Shown here: piece after piece, positions 1-9,000 of the stretch | Numbering within the stretch: position 1 is the stretch's first letter | How the letters are laid out: the number at the start of each line of letters is the position of its first letter | Assembly (NCBI GenBank): GCA_963692475.1 | Contig: OY829950.1 | Coordinates: 1,364,554-1,428,553, forward strand | From: Candidatus Cloacimonadales bacterium | GTDB lineage: Bacteria; Cloacimonadota; Cloacimonadia; Cloacimonadales; JAFGVF01 | Length of the DNA: 64,000 nt | Direction: 5' to 3' | The notes under the pieces: model-generated | Database searches by the model: none | What the model saw: only the letters and a program-made list of their open reading frames with translations | Told to the model about the DNA's origin: nothing | Program-made: the position numbers and the translations under genes

Positions 1-728
1 AAAACTACTCCCCAAATAAGTAATTTGTAAATTCTGGCATATTGGATTAAGTTGGGAAATTCATCAAAAAAATCAGAATCTTTCTTTGGGGAAGTGTAAT
101 GTATTAAAGACATTGCTTCTAAAGGCATATTAACCTTTATATTAAAGGATTTTCCTTTTAGATTACTAAAAGTGCAGATTAGGCTATTTCCCTCTTCTTC
201 ATATTCTATGTTTTTAGAATTATCAAGAAATGTAACAATATCAAACATTGGTATATCTTTAGGAAAGTTAAATATAACTTTACCGCTATTAATCAAGAAA
301 TCATACTTATCAGGCATAGGATTCCAATTCATTACAGCTTTTTTATTTTTCACTTCAAAAACATTATAAACCTTATATTTTAGGGTAAAACGCATGGCTT
401 GGTCATAAATTCTTTTTAGATCGAATTTAACATTTAAATTTGCTGATATCTTAGGGTTTAATATACCGCCCTCTTCTCCTATGAGAACTTTTTCTCCATC
501 TGTTAAAGCTTCATTCAAAAGGATAAATCCATTCCTGGGTGCTCTTACATCTCTTTTTACCCAATTGAAGGGTCCACCCTCAAAATGATATAACATATTC
601 TCTTCTATGTCTAATGTCCCATCCTTGTTCACATTTATAGTACTTACAAATTCTTTAACAAAATATGTTTTCCCAAAAAGCGTACATAGCATGGCAAAAA
701 ACACAAGAATCAAACTTATTCTCCGCAT
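1..728 (-). CDS. DUF2207-like secreted/membrane protein, N-terminal part (gene runs off the left edge)
   Basis: Not in the ORF track because no stop lies inside the window. Minus-strand ATG at 728-726, signal-like MRRISLILVFFAMLCTLFG, and the frame stays open to position 1. INVNKDGTLDIEENMLYHFEGGPFNWVKRDV resembles the N-terminal domain of DUF2207 proteins. Confidence 0.55.
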   Translation of the reverse strand, partial: MRRISLILVFFAMLCTLFGKTYFVKEFVSTINVNKDGTLDIEENMLYHFEGGPFNWVKRDVRAPRNGFILLNEALTDGEKVLIGEEGGILNPKISANLNVKFDLKRIYDQAMRFTLKYKVYNVFEVKNKKAVMNWNPMPDKYDFLINSGKVIFNFPKDIPMFDIVTFLDNSKNIEYEEEGNSLICTFSNLKGKSFNIKVNMPLEAMSLIHYTSPKKDSDFFDEFPNLIQYARIYKLLIWGVV

Positions 729-855
729 TTTAACTCCCTAAAGTTCATTTATTCAAATTTATGAATATCTTTACCAGTCGTCAACAAATAAATTCTAAAT
801 ATTTTTCTTGCCAGAATTTTCTCTATTTCTTATTTAATTTTAAGGAGAAAAAAAA

Positions 856-2460
856 TTGAAAAAAGTAACTTTATTCTCAGGATATATTATTATTAATAAC
901 GCCTTGTATCATGACAAAGAAGCTCTCTCTAAAATTGAGGAACTTCTCCAAAATACTGATATTTTAGAAGTTTGTTCTCAACTGAATGGAAGTTTTAGAT
1001 TTGTTATAGACACCCCAACTAATACTTTTTTTGGTATTGACCATTTCGGAGGATACTCACTTTTCTACAAAAATTTCCCTAACTTTGAGATTATTATTAA
1101 CCCAAATCAAAAATCTCAGCTATCAGATATACAAGATAATCAACTATGCTCCCTTTTAGCTTCAGGATTTTGCTATGGGGACAATACTCTTTTCAAAAAT
1201 ATTAAAGAATGTACTCCAGGAATTTTATATTCATATGACAAAATCAATAAAACTTTGATTAAGCAAGAGTGGTTTAGAATAGATTTTAGCCAACAAAAAG
1301 TTAGAAAAAAAGAAGAATTATCACATTTACTCCTTTCTTTAATCCCTGATAACTTCCAACAAAGCCATTTAGCCCTAACTGGCGGGATTGATTCTCGGCT
1401 TCTCCTATCTTTGTTTAGAAAAAAAGCTGCTCAAATAACAGCTATCACCTATGGTACTACTAATAATCCAGACATAAATTTGGCTGAACATATTGCCCAA
1501 CATTCAGAAATTGAGCATCTTAGCTATTATTTTGATAAGCTTGACTTAAAACCTTATTTTGAAAATGAAGAGTTAATGAAATTCTTTTCAGCTGGTTTCT
1601 TAGGACGATCACTTCCTTTTGAAAGTGACTGGGTAGTAAGTAATATATTAAAGAACTCAACATCCTGGATAACCACTGGATTTACCAGCTTTTGGTTAAG
1701 AAGTCCTTATCAAGACCATCTTCCTGTTCCAGATAAAGCAAGTCTAATCGCCAAGATTATCAATACTCATTCACAACAAACACTTCACTCATCTGCTAAA
1801 TTTAAAAGTATTATCCAAGAGAACATTATAGAATCAATGACTCATTTCCAGATGGATAATTTTGATTCTGATTATGACCGTTGGAATGTTGAAAATAGAC
1901 AGCATAAGTATATTATTAATAGCTGTAATAATTATCGGCAATCTAACATTGAAGTTTTCTTACCTCTATTTGATAAAAGATTAATGAGCTTTCTAAATAA
2001 TACTTCAAGAGAGCAGAGATTAGAGCAGAAAATCTATATGGATGCTATTATCTCTGATATTTTTATTGGAAATGAGTCTTATTTAAGAAATATCCCCACT
2101 ACTAATCCAAAATTTTCCAATCACATTAAGCAGAATAAAACTACTGCATTCAATTGGAAAAAGCAGATTTTACAATTAGATAGAAATAATTTTAATAGAA
2201 TCTTCAGGAAACCTAGCAATCCAATGTATGGAATTATTCAGTCCGTTCTTTTACAATCACCTGACTTCCTTTCACTAAAAGTACAAGATGCCTTCCCTAA
2301 CATCAAAAATACGATTTCTCTACTCAATGACCTAAACTTAACTAATTCTGCAAAGCACTTAACTTGGTTACAGAATAAGAGGGTCGTTCAGTTAAATCTG
2401 TTAGGTATTGAAATTATGGGATTTTTGGTAGATAAATTTGATTTACTGTTGAAAAATTAA
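856..2460 (+). CDS. asparagine synthetase (AsnB)-like PP-loop enzyme lacking the N-terminal Cys nucleophile
   Basis: TTG start 7 nt after AGGAG. AsnB-type N-domain block LNGSFRFVIDTPTNTFFGIDHFGGYSLFY, PP-loop LALTGGIDSRLLLS, and C-terminal block NIEVFLPLFDKRLMSF. Residue 2 is Lys, not the catalytic Cys of class II amidotransferases. Confidence 0.7.
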   Translation: MKKVTLFSGYIIINNALYHDKEALSKIEELLQNTDILEVCSQLNGSFRFVIDTPTNTFFGIDHFGGYSLFYKNFPNFEIIINPNQKSQLSDIQDNQLCSLLASGFCYGDNTLFKNIKECTPGILYSYDKINKTLIKQEWFRIDFSQQKVRKKEELSHLLLSLIPDNFQQSHLALTGGIDSRLLLSLFRKKAAQITAITYGTTNNPDINLAEHIAQHSEIEHLSYYFDKLDLKPYFENEELMKFFSAGFLGRSLPFESDWVVSNILKNSTSWITTGFTSFWLRSPYQDHLPVPDKASLIAKIINTHSQQTLHSSAKFKSIIQENIIESMTHFQMDNFDSDYDRWNVENRQHKYIINSCNNYRQSNIEVFLPLFDKRLMSFLNNTSREQRLEQKIYMDAIISDIFIGNESYLRNIPTTNPKFSNHIKQNKTTAFNWKKQILQLDRNNFNRIFRKPSNPMYGIIQSVLLQSPDFLSLKVQDAFPNIKNTISLLNDLNLTNSAKHLTWLQNKRVVQLNLLGIEIMGFLVDKFDLLLKN

Positions 2461-2551
2461 ATCTTATTCCTTCTTCATAGATTATGTAATGGAATTGATT
2501 ATCTTTAACTAATGCCAAAAAACACCTCAAAAAGGTTTTATCAAATGTCTG

Positions 2552-2579
2552 AGAAAGTGTGAGAATTCTCACACTTTCT
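2552..2579. repeat. 28-bp perfect palindrome agaaagtgtgagaattctcacactttct (possible bidirectional hairpin between convergent genes)
   Basis: Exact 14+14 dyad centred on GAATTC, 92 nt after the stop of the AsnB-like gene. No flanking T-run, so a terminator function is uncertain. Confidence 0.4.
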
Positions 2580-2586
2580 AGTTAAA

Positions 2587-2775
2587 CCCGAATGGTGCAG
2601 TAGAGCTTTGCAGAAGAGTGCAGATTCTTATCCCCTTTTTTGAGGGGGACACAGGGGGTGCATTAAGGTTTTACATAATTTATCAGCGTATAATATATAT
2701 ACTCTGAGAAATTATGTAAAATGCTTTAGCAAATGAATATAGTGCTATTCTAAAAGATCTACTGCATTATTTGGG
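2587..2775 (+). mobile_element. ~190-bp MITE-like / structured-RNA-like element, copy A
   Basis: Second copy at 27649-27839. 23-bp terminal inverted repeat (cccgaatggtgcagtagagcttt ... aaagatctactgcattatttggg) flanked by a 5-bp direct repeat TTAAA (2582-2586 and 2776-2780). No ORF. Confidence 0.55.
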
Positions 2776-2797
2776 TTAAAGGGATTGTTTATATTAG

Positions 2798-3829
2798 CTA
2801 TTTCACTTTCACATATTCGGCAAGTAATTTAAGTGTATTTTCTACACCACTTCTATGCGTTCTTTCATAACCGTGGGAGGCAAAAACACCAGGACCTATT
2901 AAACCGTGCCTTAAGTCATATCCTGCTCGAAGTGTTGCTTCCACATCTGAACCATAACTTGGATAAATATCTATGGCATGTTCTAAATTAAAATTTTCGG
3001 CAATCTTGATTAAGTCATTAGTCAAATCATAATCATAAGGTCCGCCACTATCTTTTACACAGATGGAGACTTTATATTCATCAGTTGTTAAATCATCTCC
3101 AACAGCTCCCATATCAACAGAAATCATATCAACTGTGTCTTCAGGAATTCCTGAAGAGCCACCATGTCCGACTTCTTCATAAGTAGTAAAAAGAAGTGAT
3201 ACTTTTCTAGAAAGAGTAATCTCTTTATCCACAACCATTTTTGCTAAAGCTATCAGCAGTCCTGCAGAAGCCTTATCATCCAAATGACGAGATTTTATGA
3301 AGCCTGACTTTGTAACCTTAGTTCTTGGATCGAGAGAGATAAAGTCTCCTACTTTTATTCCTAATTTTTCTATATCTTTCTTAGAGGAAACTTTCTCATC
3401 AAGGATTATTTCCACAGTTTCATCATTTCTACTCATTGCACCTACATCTTTATAGACATGAACAGCTGGATGAATCAAGTAAGCTGTTCCTTCATATTCT
3501 TTACCATCTCTAGTATGAACTATAACATTCTCATTCTCAATATTATTTTCTGGGAATCCACCAATTTTAGTATGTCGAATTCTTCCATTACCTTTGATAG
3601 ATCTAACCATAGCCCCAAGAGTATCTACATGAGCAGCAAGAAGAAGGTGCTCACCTTCACCACCTAAAGTTACTACAACAGCTTTTTTCCTAGTGTAGTA
3701 TGGTTCAAATCCCATTTCCTTGAATGTCTTCATTAAATATTCTGTAGCTTTTTGTGTATAACCTGAAGGGCTCGGGATATTACACAAGTTTACTATTTGT
3801 TTAACCGCAAAATCTGTATATTTCTTCAT
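2798..3829 (-). CDS. M42 family metallopeptidase (glutamyl aminopeptidase / FrvX-YsdC type)
   Basis: 343 aa with M42-type metal-ligand blocks LLAAHVDTLG, HLDDKAS, TTYEEVGHGG and SVDMG. Confidence 0.85.
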   Translation of the reverse strand: MKKYTDFAVKQIVNLCNIPSPSGYTQKATEYLMKTFKEMGFEPYYTRKKAVVVTLGGEGEHLLLAAHVDTLGAMVRSIKGNGRIRHTKIGGFPENNIENENVIVHTRDGKEYEGTAYLIHPAVHVYKDVGAMSRNDETVEIILDEKVSSKKDIEKLGIKVGDFISLDPRTKVTKSGFIKSRHLDDKASAGLLIALAKMVVDKEITLSRKVSLLFTTYEEVGHGGSSGIPEDTVDMISVDMGAVGDDLTTDEYKVSICVKDSGGPYDYDLTNDLIKIAENFNLEHAIDIYPSYGSDVEATLRAGYDLRHGLIGPGVFASHGYERTHRSGVENTLKLLAEYVKVK

Positions 3830-3839
3830 ATAAAATCCT

Positions 3840-4043
3840 TTATACTTTCTTATTCATAACTAAATCAGCAAAATATTCATAAGTTCTATCCCAAGTAGCT
3901 TCTGCATCTTTGGGGAAAAAGCAAGCTGGGAGTTGCCTTTTAGATCTATGATATTCCAAACATTCGCAACATACTCCTTTCCTGGTACATCCTGGATAGG
4001 TACAGTTGCAATTTTTCATATTTTCATTCTTTTTACATTCCAT
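3840..4043 (-). CDS. small Cys-rich protein (8 Cys; resembles the DUF6485 family from memory)
   Basis: 67 aa with CNCTYPGCTRKGVCCECLEYH...LPACFF. Its start overlaps the stop of the upstream ORF by 1 nt (TAATG), and its stop lies 10 nt before the M42 peptidase start. Confidence 0.6.
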   Translation of the reverse strand: MECKKNENMKNCNCTYPGCTRKGVCCECLEYHRSKRQLPACFFPKDAEATWDRTYEYFADLVMNKKV

Positions 4044-4348
4044 TAGACATCTTCCACTTCAGAATATAGTACAGTTGACCAAATTTCTGGTTCAGGTTGT
4101 TTTGTTATATAAGGAGCAAATTCTGCTAGAATCTTTTTAAAGATACCGGTCTTCATAAACTCCTCTGCATACTCTTTTTCTGCCCAAGTCCCGATTGCTA
4201 AAGCTGTCCCATCAGGTTTAGCTAAAAATTGCATTCTGATAAACCCTTCTCTCTCTTCAGCTATTTCTAGAACCTGTTCTTCCCATTTTTCAATGCACTC
4301 AATCATTTTCTCAGGTTTAAAATAATAACGCATCGTTGCAGTATACAT
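4043..4348 (-). CDS. ABM (antibiotic-biosynthesis-monooxygenase-like, dimeric alpha/beta barrel) domain protein
   Basis: 101 aa. The pattern (FKPEKMIECIEKWEEQV...GFIRMQFL...ALAIGTWAEKEYAEEF) is typical of ABM/Dabb-fold proteins. First gene of a coupled three-gene unit. Confidence 0.5.
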   Translation of the reverse strand: MYTATMRYYFKPEKMIECIEKWEEQVLEIAEEREGFIRMQFLAKPDGTALAIGTWAEKEYAEEFMKTGIFKKILAEFAPYITKQPEPEIWSTVLYSEVEDV

Positions 4349-4393
4349 AATTTAACTCCTTATTCTCATCATCTTGTATTATCGTTCAAATTC

Positions 4394-5776
4394 TTATTCC
4401 TTACTTACAAGTGTCAATTGCTTTTTTGCCTTAGCACCTAATTCTCTCATTTTTTCAGCTCTTTTTACTAAGTTTCCACTGCCCTCTTTCAATTTATTCA
4501 TTGAGGAATTGTAGTTATTACTAAGGTCAGATATATTTTTTCCTATTTTTTCTAAATCGTTTATAAAATTACAGAATTTATCATACATTTTTCCACCTTC
4601 TTCTGCAATTTCCAAAACATTTCTGGTTTGATATTCACTCCGCCAAATTTGTTTAATCATTTGAAGAACATAAATCAATGTGCTCGGACCAACTATCATA
4701 ACATTTTTATCCATTGCATCAGAAAATATCTGATTATCATTCTCTAAAGCAAGTAAGTATGCTGATTCGATTGGAAGAAACATTAGTACATGACTTATAG
4801 TATTTATTCCATCTAATTTCTGATATTCCTTAGCAGATAGCTCATTAGCATGCTTTTTAACTGAAAGTAAGTGCTCTTTTAAAGCCTGCTCTTTTTCAGT
4901 ATCTTCAGTACTACTTACAAATTTTTCATATGCAGTAAGAGAAGTCTTAGCATCAACAACAATGTCTCTCTCTTCTGGAAGTTTAATAATTACATCAGGA
5001 TATTTGCTTTTATTATCATTATCAATAAAATGAGCTTGGGTGAAATACTCAATATTTTTATCTAATCCTGAATCTTCCAAGACTCTTTCTAACTTCATTT
5101 CCCCCCAATTCCCCTGTTTCTTTGGATCACGCTTGAGGGCATTTGTTAAATTTTTAGCTTCTTTGTTAAGAGTTTCATTCAAATTACGCAGATTTATAAT
5201 TTCACTTTTTAAAGAAGCTCTATCTTTGTTTTCACTATCATATACTTGATCAACTCTTTTTCTAAACTCTTCTAACTGAATCTTCATAGGATTTAAGAGA
5301 TGAGAAATATTCTCTTGATTAGTCTCTTTAAATTTAGAACTTTTCTCTTCAAATATCTTATTAGCTAACAATTCGAAATCTTTCTTTAAACTATCTTTAG
5401 CTTCTGTAAGAAGAGCTATCTTTTCAGAAAAATGCAGTTTATTAGCTTCATCTTGTGTCTTGATAGTAGTATTCTGTTTCAGTAATGCATTATTGTTATC
5501 TAACAGAGACCTTATTTCTTCTTTTTGTGTTGCTAAAGAAGAGCTAAGATGTTGGATTTCACTCTTAAATTTCTCATTCTCAATTTCTTTAGCTCTCAAA
5601 ATATTATCTAAACTTGAAAGTTTTTCCTCAGTCTCTTTTTGCATTTCACTTTTAATCTTAACTTCGGTAAGATATGCTTGAGAATTGATTAATTTACGTT
5701 GAATCATAGCACCTATTATAGCACCAATTATTCCACCTATGATGATAACTATCAGATTATAAGTTAAATTATCCAT
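4394..5776 (-). CDS. rmuC: DNA recombination protein RmuC
   Basis: N-terminal TM helix, long coiled coil, then the RmuC nuclease-like core NWGEMKLERVLEDSGL...PDVIIKLPEERDIVVDAKTSLTAYE...MFLPIESAY. Confidence 0.85.
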   Translation of the reverse strand: MDNLTYNLIVIIIGGIIGAIIGAMIQRKLINSQAYLTEVKIKSEMQKETEEKLSSLDNILRAKEIENEKFKSEIQHLSSSLATQKEEIRSLLDNNNALLKQNTTIKTQDEANKLHFSEKIALLTEAKDSLKKDFELLANKIFEEKSSKFKETNQENISHLLNPMKIQLEEFRKRVDQVYDSENKDRASLKSEIINLRNLNETLNKEAKNLTNALKRDPKKQGNWGEMKLERVLEDSGLDKNIEYFTQAHFIDNDNKSKYPDVIIKLPEERDIVVDAKTSLTAYEKFVSSTEDTEKEQALKEHLLSVKKHANELSAKEYQKLDGINTISHVLMFLPIESAYLLALENDNQIFSDAMDKNVMIVGPSTLIYVLQMIKQIWRSEYQTRNVLEIAEEGGKMYDKFCNFINDLEKIGKNISDLSNNYNSSMNKLKEGSGNLVKRAEKMRELGAKAKKQLTLVSKE

Positions 5777-6060
5777 TTTACCTCCAACTAATAATATGTT
5801 ATTTTTACATACATAACTGTCAAATGTTTTTTTATGAATGACAAAATATAAGATAGCATAATTATTATTTCTATAATTTCTTCTTATCTTTTTTAAATTT
5901 ATAAAATTTATATTGATAAAAATTATATTGACAAGATATTATTATATTTATTTATTATAACAATTATTAAGCACAAGTATTATACACTGATTAATTCAAC
6001 GAAAAAGTAATAATTAGCTGTATAGTTAATTGAAATATTTTATATAGGAGAAAAAAATTT

Positions 6061-9000
6061 ATGAGAGAAAAGATTTTATTGATTGTAATTATTTTAATAT
6101 CTTCCACTATGTTACTTTTTGCTGATTCAGCAATCGTCAATAATGGTGATAATGAAGTAAGTTTAAGCAAAAACTTTGAAACAGAAATCTCGATTGACTA
6201 CAAACTAAATTCTATTTCTGCAAGAGACTTTTCATCTAAAGATGGAAATTTTACTCAGTTATATTTAGATAGTTTTGGGTTGACTGGTGAAATAGGTAAT
6301 CCACAACTTCCTTATAGCTCAAAAATTATTGCTGTTCCTGAAGGAGCAAAAGTAGTTACAGAATTAAATGCAGATTCACCACTAATAATTAATCTTAATG
6401 AAATAGGTTTAAACAATAAAATCTTCCCTGCTCAACCATCTGTATCAAAAAGTTCAAAACCTGAAGATATTGTATTTATGATTGATGATAAGATATATAA
6501 TTCTGCTGAATTTATTCCCCAAACTCAAGTAGAAGTCATCGAACTCGGCTATCAAAGAGGAATGAGGCTTTTTGAAGTAAATTACTATCCTGTAGCATAT
6601 AATCCTGCAAAAAATACTATATCTATTATCCAAAAGGCTACTTTAGATATTCAATTCGTTGGTGCTGATTTAGTAGCAACTCAATATTTGAGAGATAAAA
6701 CTTTTTCTCCAGCTTTTGAAGCAAACTATCCTTCTACAATATTTAATTACCGCAATAATCGTTCTACTTTAGAATCATATCCTCTTGGATATCTTCTTGT
6801 TGCTCCGAGTAACTATTTAGACACTTTAGAGCCATTTATTGAGTGGAAAACCCAACAAGGTTATAATGTTACTATTTTGAATGCAAGCACTATTGGAGCT
6901 ACAACTACAGCTATTAAATCAGCTATTGCTAATATATGGAATAATGCTTCACCAGAAAACCCTGCTCCATCTTATCTTCTCATTTGTGGTGATGTTGCCC
7001 AAGTTCCTGCTTTTACTGGAACAACAGACTCTGGTCATGTTACCGACTTAGATTACGTTAAATTAGAGGGTTCTGATTATCTCCCTGAGATGTATTATGG
7101 AAGATTTTCTGCCACTAGTACAAGTCAGTTAACTACAATCGTGAACAAAACTTTAATGTATGAAAAATATGAAATGCCTGATCCTTCCTACTTAGAAAGA
7201 GCTACACTTATTGCAGGTGTGGATGGTTCATGGGCTCCAACTCATGGTAATGGAACACTTAATTACGGCTCACAATACTATTTTAATTCAGCTCATGACA
7301 TTGATGCTACTACCTATTATTATCCTGAATCAGGTTCTAGTGAATCCAGTATTTTGGCTGATGTTAATGCTGGATTAGGTTATTTAAATTATACTGCCCA
7401 TGGTTCAGAAACTACATGGTATGATCCTAGTTTTACCGTTAGCAATGTAAATAGCCTCACTAATGTGCAACAATATCCAGTGGTTGTTGGTAACTGTTGT
7501 TTAACTAACCATTTCGATACTGCTACCTGTTTTGGTGAAGCATGGCTAAGAGCTTCTAATGGCTCGGTGATTTATATTGGTGGTACTAACTCTACTTATT
7601 GGGATGAAGATTACTGGTGGTCAGTTGGTCATTTCACACCGACATCAACTGCTAATCCAACTTATGCAGGAACTGGTCTTGGTATGTTTGATGCTCTCTT
7701 CCACGAAAACGGAGAAGAGTATGTTAACTGGGTAAATAGTACAGGTTCTATGGTCTATCGTGGTAATATGACAGTTCAAGGTTCTTCTTCAACCCTTAAA
7801 AACTATTATTGGGAAATCTATTCAATCATGGGTGACCCGTCTTTAATTCCTATGGTTGGTGTCCCAGATGCCCAAACTCCTGATTATGCTAATAATCTCT
7901 TGTTAGGTGCCACATCATTAGATGTTACTGCAGCACCCTACTCCTACGTAGCTCTTACTGTAGATGGAGTTATTATTGGTACACAACTATTAGGTTCTAA
8001 CGGTTCAGGAACTGTTAATTTCCCAGCTTTAACTACACCTCAATCAGTAAGAATGGTTATCTCTCGTATAGATTACCAACCATATATTACAGATATTCAA
8101 GTTATTTCAGCTGATGGTCCTTACTTAACTTTAGCAGATTATTCAGTTAATGATGCCAATAACAACGGTACATTAGAGTATGGTGAAACAGCTTCTTTAA
8201 ATTTAGTTATTGAGAATATTGGTACATCTGCCTCAAATTCAGGTACTATTACTTTCAGTGAATCAGACCCATACTTATCTTTAACCTCTACATCAGCTTC
8301 AGTAAGTGCAATAAGTGCTGAAAGCTCTCTTAATGTTAACAATGTAATTAACTTCTCTCTTGCTAATAACATACCTAATAATCATACTATGTCACTTTCT
8401 TATGTTATCTCAGCGAATGGAGAAGAATATACAGGGAATATTACTTTAACTGGTAAAAGTTATGATATGGAGATTACTAATATCTTTATTGATGATAATG
8501 TATTAGGTAATAGTAATAATGTCATCGATGCTGGTGAAACTTTTAATATTCTTGTAACTATTGAAAATAATGGTGAAGCTACTTCTCCAGCTAATAATCT
8601 TAATATCGAAGATGCAGAATATATTACTTATACTAGCTCTAACATAGTAATACCTGCTATTTCTGCAAATAATAGTCAGGAAGTTAGTTTTACTGCTACT
8701 GCATCAAGCTCTATTTCAGTAGGTGAATTAGTTACTTTTACTGTAAACGCTAATTATCCAAATGGAAGTGCAGAGTTTAGTCAAGATTTCTTAGCAGCTC
8801 TCCTACAGATTGGTGATGGAAGCGTTACAGAAACTCATCTGCCAATAGAACCTTACTATGGTTACACTTATAGCCAATCAATCTATACTGCTACAGAGTT
8901 AAACTTGGGAGTATCTCAGATTAATAAAATTGCTTACCATTATAATGGTAATAGCTCTTGGACAGATGATATAGTTGTCTATATGGGCAATACAACAGAG

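Noticed and set aside
172-369. 65-aa plus-strand ORF at the left edge.
   Set aside because: It lies antisense to the open minus-strand frame that starts at 728 with a signal peptide and DUF2207-like sequence, and it has no RBS.
856-2798. A lasso-peptide (or other RiPP) cluster around the Cys-less AsnB-like gene.
   Set aside because: No transglutaminase-like B protein, RRE/PqqD-like ORF, ABC exporter or plausible short precursor ORF was seen in the flanks. The downstream space is occupied by a palindrome and a MITE.
3458-5681. Short plus-strand ORFs 3458-3667, 5040-5249 and 5460-5681.
   Set aside because: They are antisense to the M42 peptidase and RmuC genes, with no RBS and low-complexity translations.
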